Below, piece after piece: positions 63,812-64,000 of a stretch of DNA of 64,000 bases. The first letter of the stretch is position 1. Each line of letters starts with the position of its first letter. This DNA is from Raja brachyura (taxonomy: Eukaryota). The position numbers were made by a program, and so were the translations under genes. Under the pieces are notes generated by a model. It worked only from the letters and a program-made list of their open reading frames with translations. It made no database searches and was not told where the DNA came from. Where the stretch lies: contig OY740783.1 of NCBI GenBank assembly GCA_963514005.1, positions 13,578,001-13,642,000 of the forward strand, in the 5' to 3' direction.

Positions 63812-64000
63812 TACCCTTGTCCCACTTTGTAAACCTGAACGGAAACCTCTGGAGACTTTGCGCCCCACCCAAGGTTTCCGTGCGGTTCCCGGAGGTTTTT
63901 GTCAGTCTCCCTAATGGTTGAAAGTGGTTTCCGCTTCTATGTTCCGGCGATTATTTCAAAAAATTGAAAAAACTTCCGGGAACCTGACGAAAACCTCCGG
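63812..64000. mobile_element. Probable Harbinger-type MITE family E, running off the window end
   Basis: Terminal core cccttgtcccac and internal ttcaaaaaattgaa palindrome; repeated ggaaacc/ggtttcc motifs. Confidence 0.45.

Overview
Vertebrate genomic DNA, almost certainly a cartilaginous fish such as a skate or ray. This is inferred from HE1-type tRNA-derived SINEs, HER1/CR1 LINEs and Penelope pLTR repeats. The only host gene recognised is the 3' part of AP3B1 (AP-3 adaptor beta-1 subunit) on the + strand. It has four canonical AG/GT exons (232, 85, 98 and 139 nt) that splice in frame to the beta-appendage domain; the preceding and terminal exons lie outside the window. The rest is intron, largely transposon-derived. 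It holds two near-complete, mutually inverted CR1 ORF2 copies, many CR1/Rex1/RTE fragments, SINEs, a decayed DD34E Tc1, a Tigger fragment, two hAT-type non-autonomous elements, several PIF/Harbinger-type MITEs, and Penelope fragments with minimal hammerhead-ribozyme cores. The best novel candidate is a 17-nt stop-containing (poison) microexon at 51114-51130. It has a perfect branch point, strong splice sites and an RBFOX motif, and its acceptor and body can be sequestered by an upstream complementary arm. Most short ORFs in the supplied track are spurious. Repeat boundaries were read by eye, and no database search was possible.
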